Positions 27,003 through 40,232 of a stretch of DNA of 64,000 bases are shown piece after piece; the first letter of the stretch is position 1; every line of letters starts with the position of its first letter. The position numbers and the translations under genes were made by a program. The notes under the pieces were generated by a model that saw only the letters and a list, made by a program, of their open reading frames with translations, made no database searches and was not told the DNA's origin. This DNA comes from Octopus vulgaris. Lineage: Eukaryota. The stretch lies in NCBI GenBank assembly GCA_951406725.2, contig OX597815.1, positions 171,926,001-171,990,000 of the forward strand, given 5' to 3'.

Positions 27003-29559
27003 GTATATATAATCATCATCATGATCATCAATTAATGTCTGTTGTCCATGATAGCATGAGTTGGATGGCTTGACTAGAGCTGGCAAGCCAGAGAGCTGCA
27101 CCAGACTCCAGTCTGATTTGGCATGGTTTCTACAAATAAATATAACCTGAAAGCATGTACCATGCTTTTGCTAATTGCTTTAAGTGCCTATGTAGTCATG
27201 AGTTAGCACAGACTCTCCCAACCTTAAACCAATCAGTAATCAAGAATGTAACAACTGGAAGAAGAAAGTGCTGCACTAGGACTAGGCTTGTGCTCACTTT
27301 CAGCTGAATAGACTAGAGCAGTATGAAATGAAGCACCTTGCTCAAGGACATGACAGACTGCTTGCCTGCCTGGTCCAGAAATCAAACCGAAAATATTATG
27401 AGTGTGTGTGTGTGTGATTTTTATACAGTTACTTTGCTGTACAGATGCACTGCTTAAATAGTGAAGAATTTTTAGTTTTACTGAGTACAAGGCAACCTCA
27501 CTAGAGCTAGAACCACAATAAAATGCACCCAGTGCATTTAGTAAAGTGGTTGGTGAATGAGTGGAGATAATGTAAGATGGGGAAGACCTTTTAGATTTGT
27601 ACACACATGGCCTAGTCTTTAGGGTGTTGGGCTCATGTACACTATTTAAGCATGCAGCTGAGATTCTGGAAGCATAATGGGTATACACACAATATACACA
27701 TAACTGGGGCCCTCTCTTAATATCCACATTTACAACTGTTGCTTGCTCCTCTTTCCCCCTACACAGACAACTAGGTCCCTCCTCTGAACCACTTCTGATT
27801 GACATACACCCTTCATTCTTACTATTGCCATACCCTACTCATTTTCACCATCATATTTACCATTATTCATCCCATTTTTGTTTAAATCCATATGTCACCT
27901 GCCTCCTCATACTCTTGCAGTCTTATCCCCACTTCTCATCTGTCTATCCCTCCATCACTCTTCTATCAACTGTATTATTCTGCTGCTGTAAGTAATGAAA
28001 GCAAAATCTGTTACTACATACGATATTATATTACCATTCCTGTATTCTGTCTATTCCTCACTCTTGAACCTTATCCACCCTTCCATTCCCAATTCTTTTG
28101 CCTCCATGCTCCTTTCTGTTCATCTTCTTGGACAATGGCCTTAGAGTATATTCTGATGTCTCAAAATCACCATAATTTTCTCCCTTTCTGGCACCACTGC
28201 AGCCACTATTATCCACCTACGTAAAATACAAAATAGCCATGAATCCCCTCCACAACAATAGAGATGTGTCTGCTCCTCCAATCATATTTTAACATTTTAA
28301 CACCTTGCATAAAGTGACCTGTCTCCTATCCTCCTATCCTTCTTACAGCTGAGGGGGCTTTTTCATCTTGTGAGTTACAAGACAACCTCACAAGTGAAAA
28401 AAAAAAAGAATACGACCAGTGCTTTCTGTAAAATGGTCAGCAATAGGTAGGGCATCCAGTCATTGAAACTATGCCAAAACTGAGACACTGTTGTACTTTT
28501 CCAACCTATGAATCCAGTCAAAATGTTTAACACATGTTAGCATAGAAAGCAGATGTAAAAATGAAGTTGTTGATGATGATGGTGGTGGTGGTCGTCGTGG
28601 TGGTGGGGTGGTCATGGTGGTGTGTGTGTGTGTGTATGTGCATCGTTTTATATACATATATGCACATGTACATGTGAATGTGTGTGGGTGTATGACTTGA
28701 AGAAGTGAACACAGACCTCTTAAATATTGCTACTGAAAAGATCTATTTGTGCTTACCTGTAATAATCTGAGAAATGTTTTAAGAACATTCATATCAAAAG
28801 ATTGTAGTAGTATTTCCTTCATATTATCAGCCTGTAGATGATTAAAATCCTGTCTTATAGTATAGCCCAACTACTTTTGGCATTCATTTCATGATAAGGG
28901 TATGTTGTGTGCTACGTTTGCTCACTATTGAATTCAACTACATTTTTTTCTTTTTGTAGTTGTGTTTGCCACGTTATTAATTCTAATAAGAACTTGGTGA
29001 TGAGCTACTTATGTCATGTAACCTAATGAAAATTAGAAGGATGTTAATTTTTCTTATCAAATATCTTTATTTCCTTTTGTGAGTTATTCGATGAGATCAC
29101 AGTTAATTGATTTGCTTATTATTCTTAATCATCTGTGTTAGTATAAATGCTACATCTTTATATGGTAATACGATACCTGTAGTTAAACCATGAGTGTACT
29201 GAATAAAATGGCATGTACAGATGAAAGAACACATGGGGGAAAATAGCAAGCAATAGCTTTTTACTTATTTGTTTTTTTTTAATTTCTTTCATTGTTTGGA
29301 CTGCAGCCATGCTGAGGTATTGCCATGAAGGGCCCAGTCAAATAATTGAACCCCGGTACTTATTTTTGACCCTCATACTTATTCTGTTTGTCTCTTTTGT
29401 GAAATCACTAAGTGATTGGGGTATAAGCAAACCAACTCTGGTTCTCAGTCAATGTGAGGAGGGACAAACACAAAATCACAGATATATACGTACATTTCTT
29501 ATATATATAGATTCAGATGAATATGGTACTTAAGTTGAGGCACCAGAATCTTCTTGGAG

Positions 29560-29890
29560 ATCTTAGGTGTAATTATACTAATGTGTCCATCTGTTCTAAT
29601 TTAATTCAATTCTATGTCTTTGTGCAGTAAAAGATTGCTCTACATTTTAAATTGATGTAATGATTGCATTGCTCAATTATATGGAGTTGCGTGAAACGAT
29701 CATACTGCATTACCTCTGGATATCCTTCTTTGCTTATTTTGATATATATATCAAGGAAGGAAACTGGGTAGTTATATATCAAGGAAGGTATATATATCAA
29801 GGAAGGAAACAGAAGGAAACTGGGTATGTTTTCTCTGAAGAGTAATTTACAAAATGTGAAACAGTCCATCAGGAGACTCCTTCCCACTTT
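29560..29890 (-). pseudogene. Probable Penelope-type RT C-terminal fragment
   Basis: PVSFLDIYIKISKEG..V..Y...H...K.RAIFY resembles the PLE motif xFLDxxIxxxxGxLxTxxY..H....K.xI.Y. Confidence 0.5.
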
Positions 29891-30259
29891 TTTAGTCCCC
29901 GTAACTTAGCGGTTCGGCAAAAGAGACCGATAGAATAAGTACTGGGCTTACAAAAGAATAAGTCCCGGGGTCGATTTGCTCGACTAAAGGCGGTGCTCCA
30001 GCATGGCCGCAGTCAAATGACTGAAACATGTAAAAGAGTAAAAGAGTAAAGAGTATATACACACACACACATATATATATACACACACATATACGCACAC
30101 ACACACACATATATATACACACATACATATATATATGCATATATATATATATCATCATCATCATCATTTAGCGTCCGTTCTCCATGCTAGCATGGGTTGG
30201 ACGGTTCAACTGGGGTCTGTGAAGCTGGAAGGCTTCATCAGGCCCAGTCAGATCTGGCA

Positions 30260-30314
<55 letters not shown>

Positions 30315-30399
30315 CACACACACATACATATGTATATATCTATATATGTACATACATAGGTATATATCTATATATGTACACACACATATATCCACTTTT

Positions 30400-31810
30400 G
30401 TGGATAGGACATATAATACCTTCTTTTAGCTTTTTAGGAAGTATACCACTTGCAAGGAAACTTTGGGAAAGATTTTTTTGTCCCTGGGAATCTTGTTTGA
30501 CAGTGTGCTGGCCTTTCTTTCTGGGACATATTTAGTGCATATAGCTTGCACTATTGACAGATCAATGTCTTGCATACACAGAATGTTGAACCAGTTTTGT
30601 TTGAGGATTTATCTCTTTGCAGATCAATTCCCACTTCGCTTTATGGAAATTCAGGTTGGATAAGACTCAAGTTCTGATAGGATAGATACCAGCAGTTTGC
30701 ACAGGACCATACATAGTTAGTTCAACAATGTTGTGGTCTGAGAGTGCCATTGGTGTAACCTTCCCTTTATTTGTGAAGCATAGGTCCAATATGTTGTTTC
30801 CCCCTGGTTGGCCTGAGTATCACATGCTCCATGGACAGCTTATTAGTAAGTTCAAATAATGACTGTACATGCTTTTGTTCATGCAGTGACATCCCAGAGA
30901 GGATGTGGCCTTCTGACCATTTGACATATGGGTTGTTGAAATCACCCAGGAATCTAGGTTTGTTAATACCTCTTTAATGTATTTGAGGCTATCCTCAAAT
31001 TTTCTATCATATTTTGTGGTATTTGGCGAACGATATATTGTGCATATAGCTACATCAGCTTGCTTTACATGTATTATTAAGGTGTCACAAACTGAGTTTG
31101 AATGTGACAGAGATACAAGAGGTATGATGTCTTCACAGATGTACATAGCAGCTCCACCTTGGCTTTTTTATCTTCTGTCTGTACGAAATACAGCGTACCC
31201 TGGCATGTGCACTACCACATCTGTTACATCAAGAACTAGATGCGTTTCAGTGAGTGCCATACATATTGCTTGATTGCATGTAGCAAGTGTTTTTAGATAG
31301 AGAATTTTACCTCTGCTGCTGAGTTGTAGCAAACCCCCAATATTCAGTAGGAATATGGGTGCGATATCGGGGTAGGTGTTAGTGGTGGCATCCTGGGCCT
31401 CTCACGGTTTCATGCATTGGAATGCATGGCTTTGAGTTTGCATCCTATGCATCCATGTCAGCTGCTGTACTATCTTCTGGGCCATGTTCAAAAAAGACTT
31501 GTTCGATTGCTGCAGTTCATACAGCCTCTGCATATTGCCTTTTGAGGGGTGCAGAATGCATGTGGTGATCTCTTTTCTTGCTCTTTTCAGGGGGGTTTCT
31601 TCCAGCTGGTGCAGTATTTTTCTGCAGATCCATGTTTGATGATTTCCCTCTATATTTTTTCTGATTTTGTTTCAAGTTTCCTTGCTTGTTTTTCTCATAA
31701 GTTTGGTAAGTTTTGGGATGTGCAAAGCTGCAGCCCTTTCCTGTTTCTCCATGCCAGCAGGTACCATTTAGGTAAAATTTACATCCAACCTAGGCTCTGT
31801 CCATTTCTAT
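30400..31810 (-). pseudogene. LINE (CR1/L2-like) 5' part: ORF1 Cys/His knuckle plus APE endonuclease
   Basis: CKFYLNGTCWHGETGKGCSFAHPK, then IFLLNIGGL..MALTETHL..PGYAVFRTDR..GGAAMYI..ICTIYRSPN..NILDLCF, with stops and frameshifts. Confidence 0.8.
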
Positions 31811-32099
31811 CCTTATGTTTCTTCGTTCATACACACGTCTATATGAACTTTTTTGTGTACGCGTGTGTGTGCATATATAGATGTGTGCAGGTATGCACAT
31901 ATGTCGACATGTATATGTGTGTGTGTGTGTGTGTGCATATGGAAATGTGCGTATATAGACGTGTTATACTCTTATTGCTTATTTTTTTAATACTTCTTTA
32001 CACTTCTTGTATTGTTGCCCTCAGCCCTGTTTTTTTCTTGTACTTGTGCGTATATAGACATGTATATGAAACTTTTTGGTGTGCATGTGTGTGTGGGAT

Positions 32100-32144
<45 letters not shown>

Positions 32145-32471
32145 TTACAAATTGTGTGGGTGAGAATGTGTATGTTTCACGTGAGGGTGGATGAGTGTAT
32201 ACTTATAGGTGCACGTATGTGCATGTGTAGGTATGGACATGCGTGCTTACATGAATACTATGTACATTTTTACCCCTTTACTTTTACTCCCTCCCCTCAC
32301 TTAGCAGTCATTCAAATAGCTCTTTTGCCTTAATAACGGTCAATCACACAGTAATTTCCCTTTGTTTAATGGTCATTTCCATAGCATTTTTTCCGATGGC
32401 CGGATATATGCACATATATATGTGTATATAGATATATATGCATACATATCATCTTCATCATCATCGTTTAA

Positions 32472-32669
32472 CTCTTTCATTACTGTATTTCTTTTGAGAT
32501 GCTCTGTGTTTCTTTCAATAATTTTAAATATAACAAAGAATTTAGTAAAATGTCTTAGTTATCATTAAGCTAGTGTTAGGAACATAAATTGTAAATGGTG
32601 GAGGATTTTAATTCAAAACTTATGAAAACAAGACATTTGTACTACAGAGCCAGGTTGGTAACAAAAGGG
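32472..32669. mobile_element. piggyBac-like MITE inserted in a SINE tail
   Basis: TTAA-CTCTTTCATTAC...GTAACAAAAGGG-TTAA. Confidence 0.6.
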
Positions 32670-33139
32670 TTAATCATCCGTTTTCCATGCTAGCATGGGT
32701 TGGATGGTTCGACCAGGGTCTGGGAAGCCAGGAGAATGCACCAGGCTCCAGTGTGATCTGGCAGTGTTTCTACAACTGGATGCCCTTCTTTACACCAACC
32801 ACTCCATGAGTGTAGTGGGTACTTTTTACGTACCACTGGCACAGGAACCATCCAAGATGGCACGCATTGGCCATGTTCAGATGATGCATTTTACGTGCCA
32901 CTGGCATGGATATCACAACTACAATTTCTATTTGATATTTTTATTTTGATGTTGATATAACTGACTAAATATGTCTCCTCAATCACAGCAGGTCACCCCA
33001 TGATCCAAAGTACTTTGAATGGGCTGGGGCTGGTTGTGTGAAGCTGGTGTAGGATTCAGCCATGAACTCACTTTATTTGTTGGGTCTTTGCAGTCACAGC
33101 ATGTCTTCAGAGGTCTCGGTCTTTTGTCATTGCCTCTGG

Positions 33140-33643
33140 TATATGCATATTTATATGCATATATATATGTGTGTATATATATATATATACATATACATAC
33201 ATATGCATATATATATTTATATATGCATATACATATATATGCATATGTATATATATATGAATATGTATATATGCATATATATGTTTATATATGAATATAT
33301 ATATATATATGCATATATATATGTATATATGCATATATATATATATGCATATATACGTATATATGCATTTATATATATATACACATATATATGCATATAT
33401 ATACACATATATATATGCATATATATATATATGCATATATATATACACATATATATATGCATATATATATATACACATATATATATGCATATATATATAT
33501 GCATATATATGCATATATATATATATATATATGCATATATATATATACACACATATATATATGCATATATATATATGCATATGTATAAACATATACATAT
33601 TTGTTAATGAATATATAAATATGCATATATATATATATATATA
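33140..33643. repeat. (TA)n-GCA compound microsatellite
   Basis: Direct reading. Confidence 0.95.
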
Positions 33644-33844
33644 TTGGCGTTAGGAAGGGCATCCAGCCGTAGAAACACTGCCAGATCTGACTAGGCCTGA
33701 TGAAGCCTTCCGGCTTCACAGACCCCAGTTGAACCGTCCAACCCATGCTAGCATGGAAAACGGATGCTAAACGATGATGATGATGATGATGATATACAAA
33801 TGCATATATATATATATATGCATATATATATAAATCATATATAT

Positions 33845-34830
33845 ATTAGGTTGGCAACTATGTTCCCACCGTTTTTTTAGATTTTTAGAAATCACCCGAT
33901 TTCAACTCAAAAAATTGATCCAACCAAGCTCTCAATTCTGCATCAGTATAGAGCAAAACTCCATGTATTGCATTTGAAATATATCAAAAGACGTGTAAAT
34001 CCGTTGGTGCCAAATCAGGAGACTACAGCAGGTGTGGCAAGCAATTCGTAATGGATAATCCCTTCCCAGTCCCACCATACACACAACACCGTTTTACGCA
34101 GATGAAGATCTTGTTTCACGCACGGTGTCACTTGTTTACCATGGCTAAACCATTCCTTACGCTGCTTAATGTTGATGTACAGACACCATTTTTTGTCGCC
34201 AGTAATGATTCAGTAAAGAAATTGTTGCTTGTGTTCATGAGTTGAGTGGTGAGGAGCAAGCAAACCAGTGGAGATTGTGGCTTGTTGATTTTTTTTGTTG
34301 TCACTTAAAGCATGTGGAACCCATGCTCCATACTTCTGAACCTTTCACATCGAATGAAGATGCTTCTCTATAGCAGTGTGGGAGCATTCCATTTTCTCTG
34401 CCAGTTCCCTTGTCATTTGACAAGAATTTTCATGCAAAAGTTGGTTTAATCGTTCTTCATTGAACTCAAGTGGACGGCCAGAATGAAGTGTATCTTTGAG
34501 ATCAAAATTTCCATTTTTGAACTTGGCATACCAGTCACGAGCAGTTCTTTCAGCTATGGCACCCTTTCCGTACACAGCACAAATGTCGTAAGCAGCTTTT
34601 GCAGCCTTGGAACCTTGATTAAAAGGAAAAACAAGGAGGTGTTGAAAATGCTCGTTTTTCTTAACTTGACATTCCATTTTAATAATCTGAAAATAAATGA
34701 AAATTAACTAGAAAAAAAATCAGAATAGATTCCAAAATTATTCAAAAATGGAATTCTCAAAAAAATAGATTCCGAAATTTAAAAATGCAATAAATTCCAA
34801 AATTAAAAAAACAACGGCGGGAACTTAGCT
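33845..34830 (-). mobile_element. mariner element with pseudogenised transposase
   Basis: TIRs TAGGTTGGCAACTATGTTCCCACCG / CGGCGGGAACTTAGC. HTH region ICAVYG..ERTARDWYAKFKNGNFDLKD..SGRP, plus AWVPHAL-like and VATKNGV/TGDEKW-like regions. Confidence 0.9.
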
Positions 34831-35169
34831 TAATTTAAGTATATGATTTATTTTAAGTATTTTTATTTTAATTAATTAAAGTCTTATATCTTTCCAATAA
34901 AGATATTCTATAGTTTGTTAATATTATTCTCAAAGCTAAAATATATCTTCACAGATAAAATACATTTTTCTATTTACTCTATTTTTTTTACCTTAGGTTT
35001 TTAACATGATAAATGTATTATAGACACCTGGTCCTACTTTTTAAATTTCAAATTTAGTTAACGGAGTTTCTTCTATAAGAAGAATCATGTTATTATTTCT
35101 TTAATATTGTTTAATTCTATTTGACTATTAAAAATATGTATTTATTTAACTATTATTCTTATCATTGTT

Positions 35170-35271
35170 GACCTGAGGAGTGACTATACTTTTAAATTGA
35201 ATTGTTTTTGGATTAAATTAAAATTTAATGGTAATTTGAATTGAAGTTATAGCCACAAAACATACGTAGTC
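35170..35271 (+). ncRNA. Type I hammerhead ribozyme motif, core G mutated to A
   Basis: GAC CUGAGGA GUGACUAUA...UAUAGCCAC AAAA CAUACG UA GUC. Confidence 0.65.
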
Positions 35272-35432
35272 TTTTTACTTATTATATAATGTTTATTCAT
35301 CTTTTTGTACTTTTTGTGATCTAGTTATATGTTTTATAATATATTTTATTTTTTCTATATGATATGGTTTATGTCTATCATTGTTTGAATTACATAATAG
35401 TGTTTTTTTCTCTAATTTATATATATTATATA

Positions 35433-35462
<30 letters not shown>

Positions 35463-35467
<5 letters not shown>

Positions 35468-36556
35468 GGTCCATAAGATATTTGAGGACAGGTTTATGAC
35501 TCTAAAGTATCAGATATATAATTTAATCACTTTATTTATCAAAAAATGGTATGAGGATAAAAATAAACTTTGTTTTCTATAATGTTATTCAATAAAGCCA
35601 CATTCAGCTTCAAGAACTGCTTCTATATGAGATCTAAACCATCTCTATGTGTGAATTAAATGGTTCTGGTTTATTTTGGACATTACTCTGACTATGGCAG
35701 CTTTCAAATACTCTTTGTTGTTGTGGGCTTGTTCATTGACCTCTCTCTTAACAACACTCCACATGTAATAGTTGAATGGATTGAGATTTGGGTAATTAGG
35801 AGGGCAAATGTGATCATGAAAAGTTTCAGCCATTCGATGCTGTGTTACTAGAACCATATGTGATAGTGCAGAATCTTACTGAAACACATATGGCCTTCCA
35901 TTGCATGCACTGTCTATCCAGGGCTTACCAAATATTTCCAGGACTTCAATGTGGGTGGCAAAGTTAACTCTAAGTCCTTGTGGAAAAAAGTAAGGTGGCA
36001 TCACATGTCCTTCATTGCTGACAAGCCCTAAAACCATGACAGTTGCATGAGCCTTTAAGCTCTGATGTAGTGATCTTTTGCTTTTTCTAACAAATTGACC
36101 TTTCTTCATCATATAAGACTTATGTCTGGTGTCTTCATGGACAACATTTCTGCCTGTTCCTTCTGACACATGGAAATCTTTTGCAATTGACCTCAAGGCC
36201 TTTCTAGGATTGTAATCAATGGTCTGTTGAACCTGTTGGATAAATTCATGTGTTCTGATAATTTCAGAGTGTTTAGAATGCTTTTTATGCTTTGATACTA
36301 GTGATTCATTTCCATCTTCAGTCTCTACCTTCTTCCAAATTTTGTAGACAATAGATCTGGTAACTTTTATAAATCAAGATATTTCTAAATTGTGATGGTC
36401 AACCTTTATAGCTACCATAACAGCATGCCTGTTCATTTCTTCAGTAAGCTGAGAGTCAGCTATTATTATTTTCTGAAACAAAGATTATACAGAGTTAGCA
36501 TATAGTGCAGCAGTGACTCAAAATGGTATTTCTTCAAATACCTTGTGCACCCTGTA
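35463..36556 (-). mobile_element. Tc1/mariner (maT/DD37D-like) element, decayed
   Basis: TIRs TACATGGTCCATAAGATATTTGA / TCAAATACCTTGTGCACCCTGTA. VMVLGLVSNEGHVMPPYFF..PYVFQ and PPNYPNLNPFNYYMW. Confidence 0.85.
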
Positions 36557-36567
36557 CATATATATAC

Positions 36568-36624
<57 letters not shown>

Positions 36625-37671
36625 GTTGCCTAGAAAGTTTGTGTCACATGTTAGTCCAGGGCTAAAGCAGAAGACATTTGCCCAAAGTATTATACAGTAC
36701 GACTGAACTAAGTTTCTCAACCACACACCTATGCCTCATGATCAACATCATCATTTTAACGTCCAATTTTCTGTGCCTGCAATTGGAGAGAATTCATTAA
36801 AGCAGAATTTTTATAACTGGATGCTTTTCCTGTCACCGACACATACCTGTTTCCAGGCAAGTTGATATTTCTTCATGACTGGACATGTTTCATGAAAGAT
36901 TAGAAATGAATGACACCACTTGTATGATGGTGACATTCATTCACAAGTATCATGTGATGTCAAGTCAAGAAGGCACAAGCACCCACACATATGCACACAT
37001 ATTCATCCATACATACAAACAAACATACATACGTGCATCATCATCATCATTTAACATCTGCTTTCCATGCTGGCATGAATGAGACAATTTGACTGGAGCT
37101 GGTAAGCCTACAAGCTACATCAGACACCAGTCTGTTTTGGTTTACTCACACACACACATTACCCTCTCCATCTATGCACTCATGCAAACACATGTACACA
37201 CACACAGCCACACTCACCCATTCACACCTTTCACAACTGCTACTGACCTGTTCTCAGAACAACTCTAACACACACACAGACCCTACCAAACATACACACA
37301 CAACTCACACAAATACAAACACAGTTACCACCACACCTACACACACTCACATGCACACACACACACACACACACACATACACACACAAATTCACCTGTCC
37401 CAAAAAACCATTTTCTCTATCTCTTTCTACTTTTGGTTACTTCAGCAATGCAACTACACATGGGCTGTTGGCAATTTCCTCTTCTCCTTTCTCTTTTCCG
37501 ATGAAGAGCTATGCTCAAAACATTTAATTTGCTCTTTTTAGCAAACGTCAAGCTAATACACTTCTTGTGCATCTCCTCACATTTGTTGTTTTTCTGTTTT
37601 TTTCATTTTTTATTAGTTTATTTGAATTGATTGTGTATTTGTATTGACTGCATATATATATATATATATAT

Positions 37672-38394
37672 ATCTCTTATTATAAAAGGCAGATTTTATC
37701 TGCCTCCCTTTGGGAGTTATACAAATCTACAATATAGGATTTCTTCAATTACAATTTACCTAGCATTTTTGAGAGTACAATGCATCGCGTCATGCCAGGT
37801 CCAGTTTTTAAAATTTAAACTCCAATTAAGCAAAATTTACAGAAAACTAACATTCTGGTGTGTGTGTCAAATGCTTTTCTTAGTCTGGTTTACACCACAC
37901 GCAAACGCACACACACAGTGGGCAACGAATAAAATGAAAGTAAATAGACAGTGATTTGAGGAAGACTAAAGTGAAAGTATTCTGTCTATGACGATGATAG
38001 ATACATGAGTAAAATGTATGGGAAGCTAAGAGCTAAGAGTGAGTGAAAATGTTCTTGGAAGAGAGTAATTAGTAATAAAGTAAACATACACTCATACATA
38101 CATACATACACTACATACATACATACATACATACATACATACATACATACATACATACATACATACATACATACATACATACATACACACACACATACAC
38201 ACACACATACATACATACACACATACATACATACACACATATACATACATACATACATATACATACATACATACACACATACACACACACACAGTATTGA
38301 AGCTTGAGAACAATCAGATACATTTGCAACACGTCTGTTGAAAATATTATTGTTCACACACATACATATATACATACAGACAGACAGACAGATA

Positions 38395-38428
<34 letters not shown>

Positions 38429-38850
38429 ATCCAGCATGGCCACAACCTCAAGGCTGAAACATATAAAAGAATAACAGAATATAAATGTGTGCAAAGTACA
38501 AGAAATATTAATGCAGTATATGGGGATTGGACAATAAGCGTAAGGCAGTGTCAATGGTGGTTCCAGAAATCCCGAGCCATAAACTACAGCCTAGAAGACG
38601 AGCCTCATCCTGAAAGATCTGTAGAACTCGACAAGGACATCCTGAAAACCCTGGTGGAACAAAATATCATCGTAACTGTTGAGGAACTAGCAGAGAAGCT
38701 TGGATTTGGTCATTCAACCATTCATTGACACCTGTGTGCTATCGGAAAAGTCAGCAAATTGGGTCAATGGGTTCCTCACGAACTTTCCGAGTCTAATTGC
38801 ATGCAGAGAGTGAATGTATGCTTTTCTTTGCTGTCATATCTCACCACTAC
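37672..38850 (+). mobile_element. Helitron-like 5' end followed by microsatellite, SINE scrap and mariner transposase fragment
   Basis: A|TCTCTTATTATAAAAGG start. 38426-38830 encodes RNINAVYG..SVRQCQWWFQK..SLEDEPHPER and GQWVPHEL. Confidence 0.55.
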
Positions 38851-38863
38851 TGCGCTATGTATA

Positions 38864-39497
38864 TCTATATATATAAAACTGTAGTTGTGTGAGTGTCTGT
38901 CCTCTTCGATTTAGATTCCTAACTACTCCCACATTTTGCGGTACAGTTTAACCAAATTCGGGTAGCTTATAGTCGTGATTCATATCGAGCCCGTCTGAAT
39001 ATTAGCGCGCGTCTACGATGAGTCTACGATTTTAAAAATAATTTAACATCATTTTTTATTCCATTTTAATGCATAATTTTTCGTGTGTCGATGGCGGCGG
39101 AGTTGGCGTCCACGCTCACACCTGCACCTGTGGGGAAGGGAGTGTAAGGAAATCAACGTCGTAATGCGTTGTCAAGGAGACCAGTGTTCTTTTAGAACAA
39201 CGACTTCATGGCTTGAAGACACCAAAACAGAAATGGCTAAGAAAGCGTCTACATGAGTCTACGATTTAAAAAAAAATTTACCATCGTTTTTTTTCCATTT
39301 TAATGCATTTTTTCGCTATTATATAAGGGAAGTAACTCTCTAAAAATGTCTACGATGAGTCAACGATTTAAAAAAATTTACCATCATATTTTTTCCATTT
39401 TTAATGCATTTTTTGCTATTTTTTGGCTATAACTCTCTAAAAATGCTTATATAGTTATTTCCCTTACAAACCCGAGCAACGCCGGGCGATACTGCTA

Positions 39498-39498
<1 letters not shown>
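38864..39498 (+). mobile_element. Non-autonomous Helitron
   Basis: 5' A|TCTATATATATAAAA, 3' hairpin CCCGAGCAACGCCGGG then CTAG|T, and three internal repeats of GTCTACGATGAGTCTACGATTT. Confidence 0.85.
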
Positions 39499-39535
<37 letters not shown>

Positions 39536-39538
<3 letters not shown>

Positions 39539-39761
39539 GGAGTAAACGCATAAATGTGAAACAAGGTGGAAAAAAGAGTACTCAAATACCAGTGGTAGAG
39601 TAATATGCTTTATTTTAAGCAGCAGAAAATTCAACAAAATCTGTTACTCTGAGTTTCTCGTTGCCGTTCATCAGACAGTTTTTGCAAAAACTGTCTGATG
39701 AACGGCAACGAGAAACTCAGAGTAACAGATTTTGTTGAATTTTCTGCTGCTTAAAATAAAG
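39536..39761. mobile_element. Fold-back element with a perfect 154-bp palindrome (39608-39761)
   Basis: Spacer-less inverted repeat centred on TTTTTG|CAAAAA, inserted in (TA)n. Confidence 0.9.
39691..39728 (+). ncRNA. Minimal type I hammerhead ribozyme (mirror copy at 39641-39678, minus strand)
   Basis: CUGU CUGAUGA A-CG-GCAA-CG-A GAAA CUCAGAG UA ACAG. Confidence 0.8.
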
Positions 39762-40014
39762 TATATATATATATAAAGTGGGCTTCTTTCAATTTCTGTC
39801 TGCTAAATTGACTCACAAGGCTTTGCTTAGCCCTGGGCTATAGTATGATTATGAAGCAGTCATCCTGCATCTGTATCAGTGTTAAGAAATCAGTTGTGTT
39901 TTGAGATTTTTTTTCTTCTCCTCAGTATTTAAAGAATTACAGTTCAATTAGAAAATTATTAATTATTAATTTACACCTTTCATGTTTTTAGAAAATGTAT
40001 TGATGTCAAAAATA

Positions 40015-40232
40015 TTGGTTTCAAATTTTGGCACAAAGCCAGCAGGTTTGGGGTGGGTAGAGCCAAGTCAGTTAAATCAATCCCAGTGTTTAACTGGTAC
40101 TTACTTTATTGACTCTGAAAAGATGAAAGATAAAGTCAACCCCAGCAGATTTTGAACTCAGAACATAAAGATAGACAAAATGCTGCTAAGCATTTCACCC
40201 AGAATGTTAACGATTCTGCCAGCTCGCCATCT
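40015..40232 (-). mobile_element. Second SINE family (also at 43770-43985, 44000-44220 and about 2040-2220)
   Basis: Shared ACTGGTACTTATTTTATCGACCCC.AAAGGATGAAAGG.AAAGTCGACCTC..GAATTTGAACTCAG core. Confidence 0.7.

Noticed and set aside
27233-27805. 190-aa ORF
   Set aside because: Runs through SINE remnants and a CA repeat, with no recognisable domain.
33696-33720. CTGATGA followed by hairpin GAAGCC-TTCC-GGCTTC in a SINE
   Set aside because: No GAAA, stem III or NUH follows, so it is not a hammerhead.
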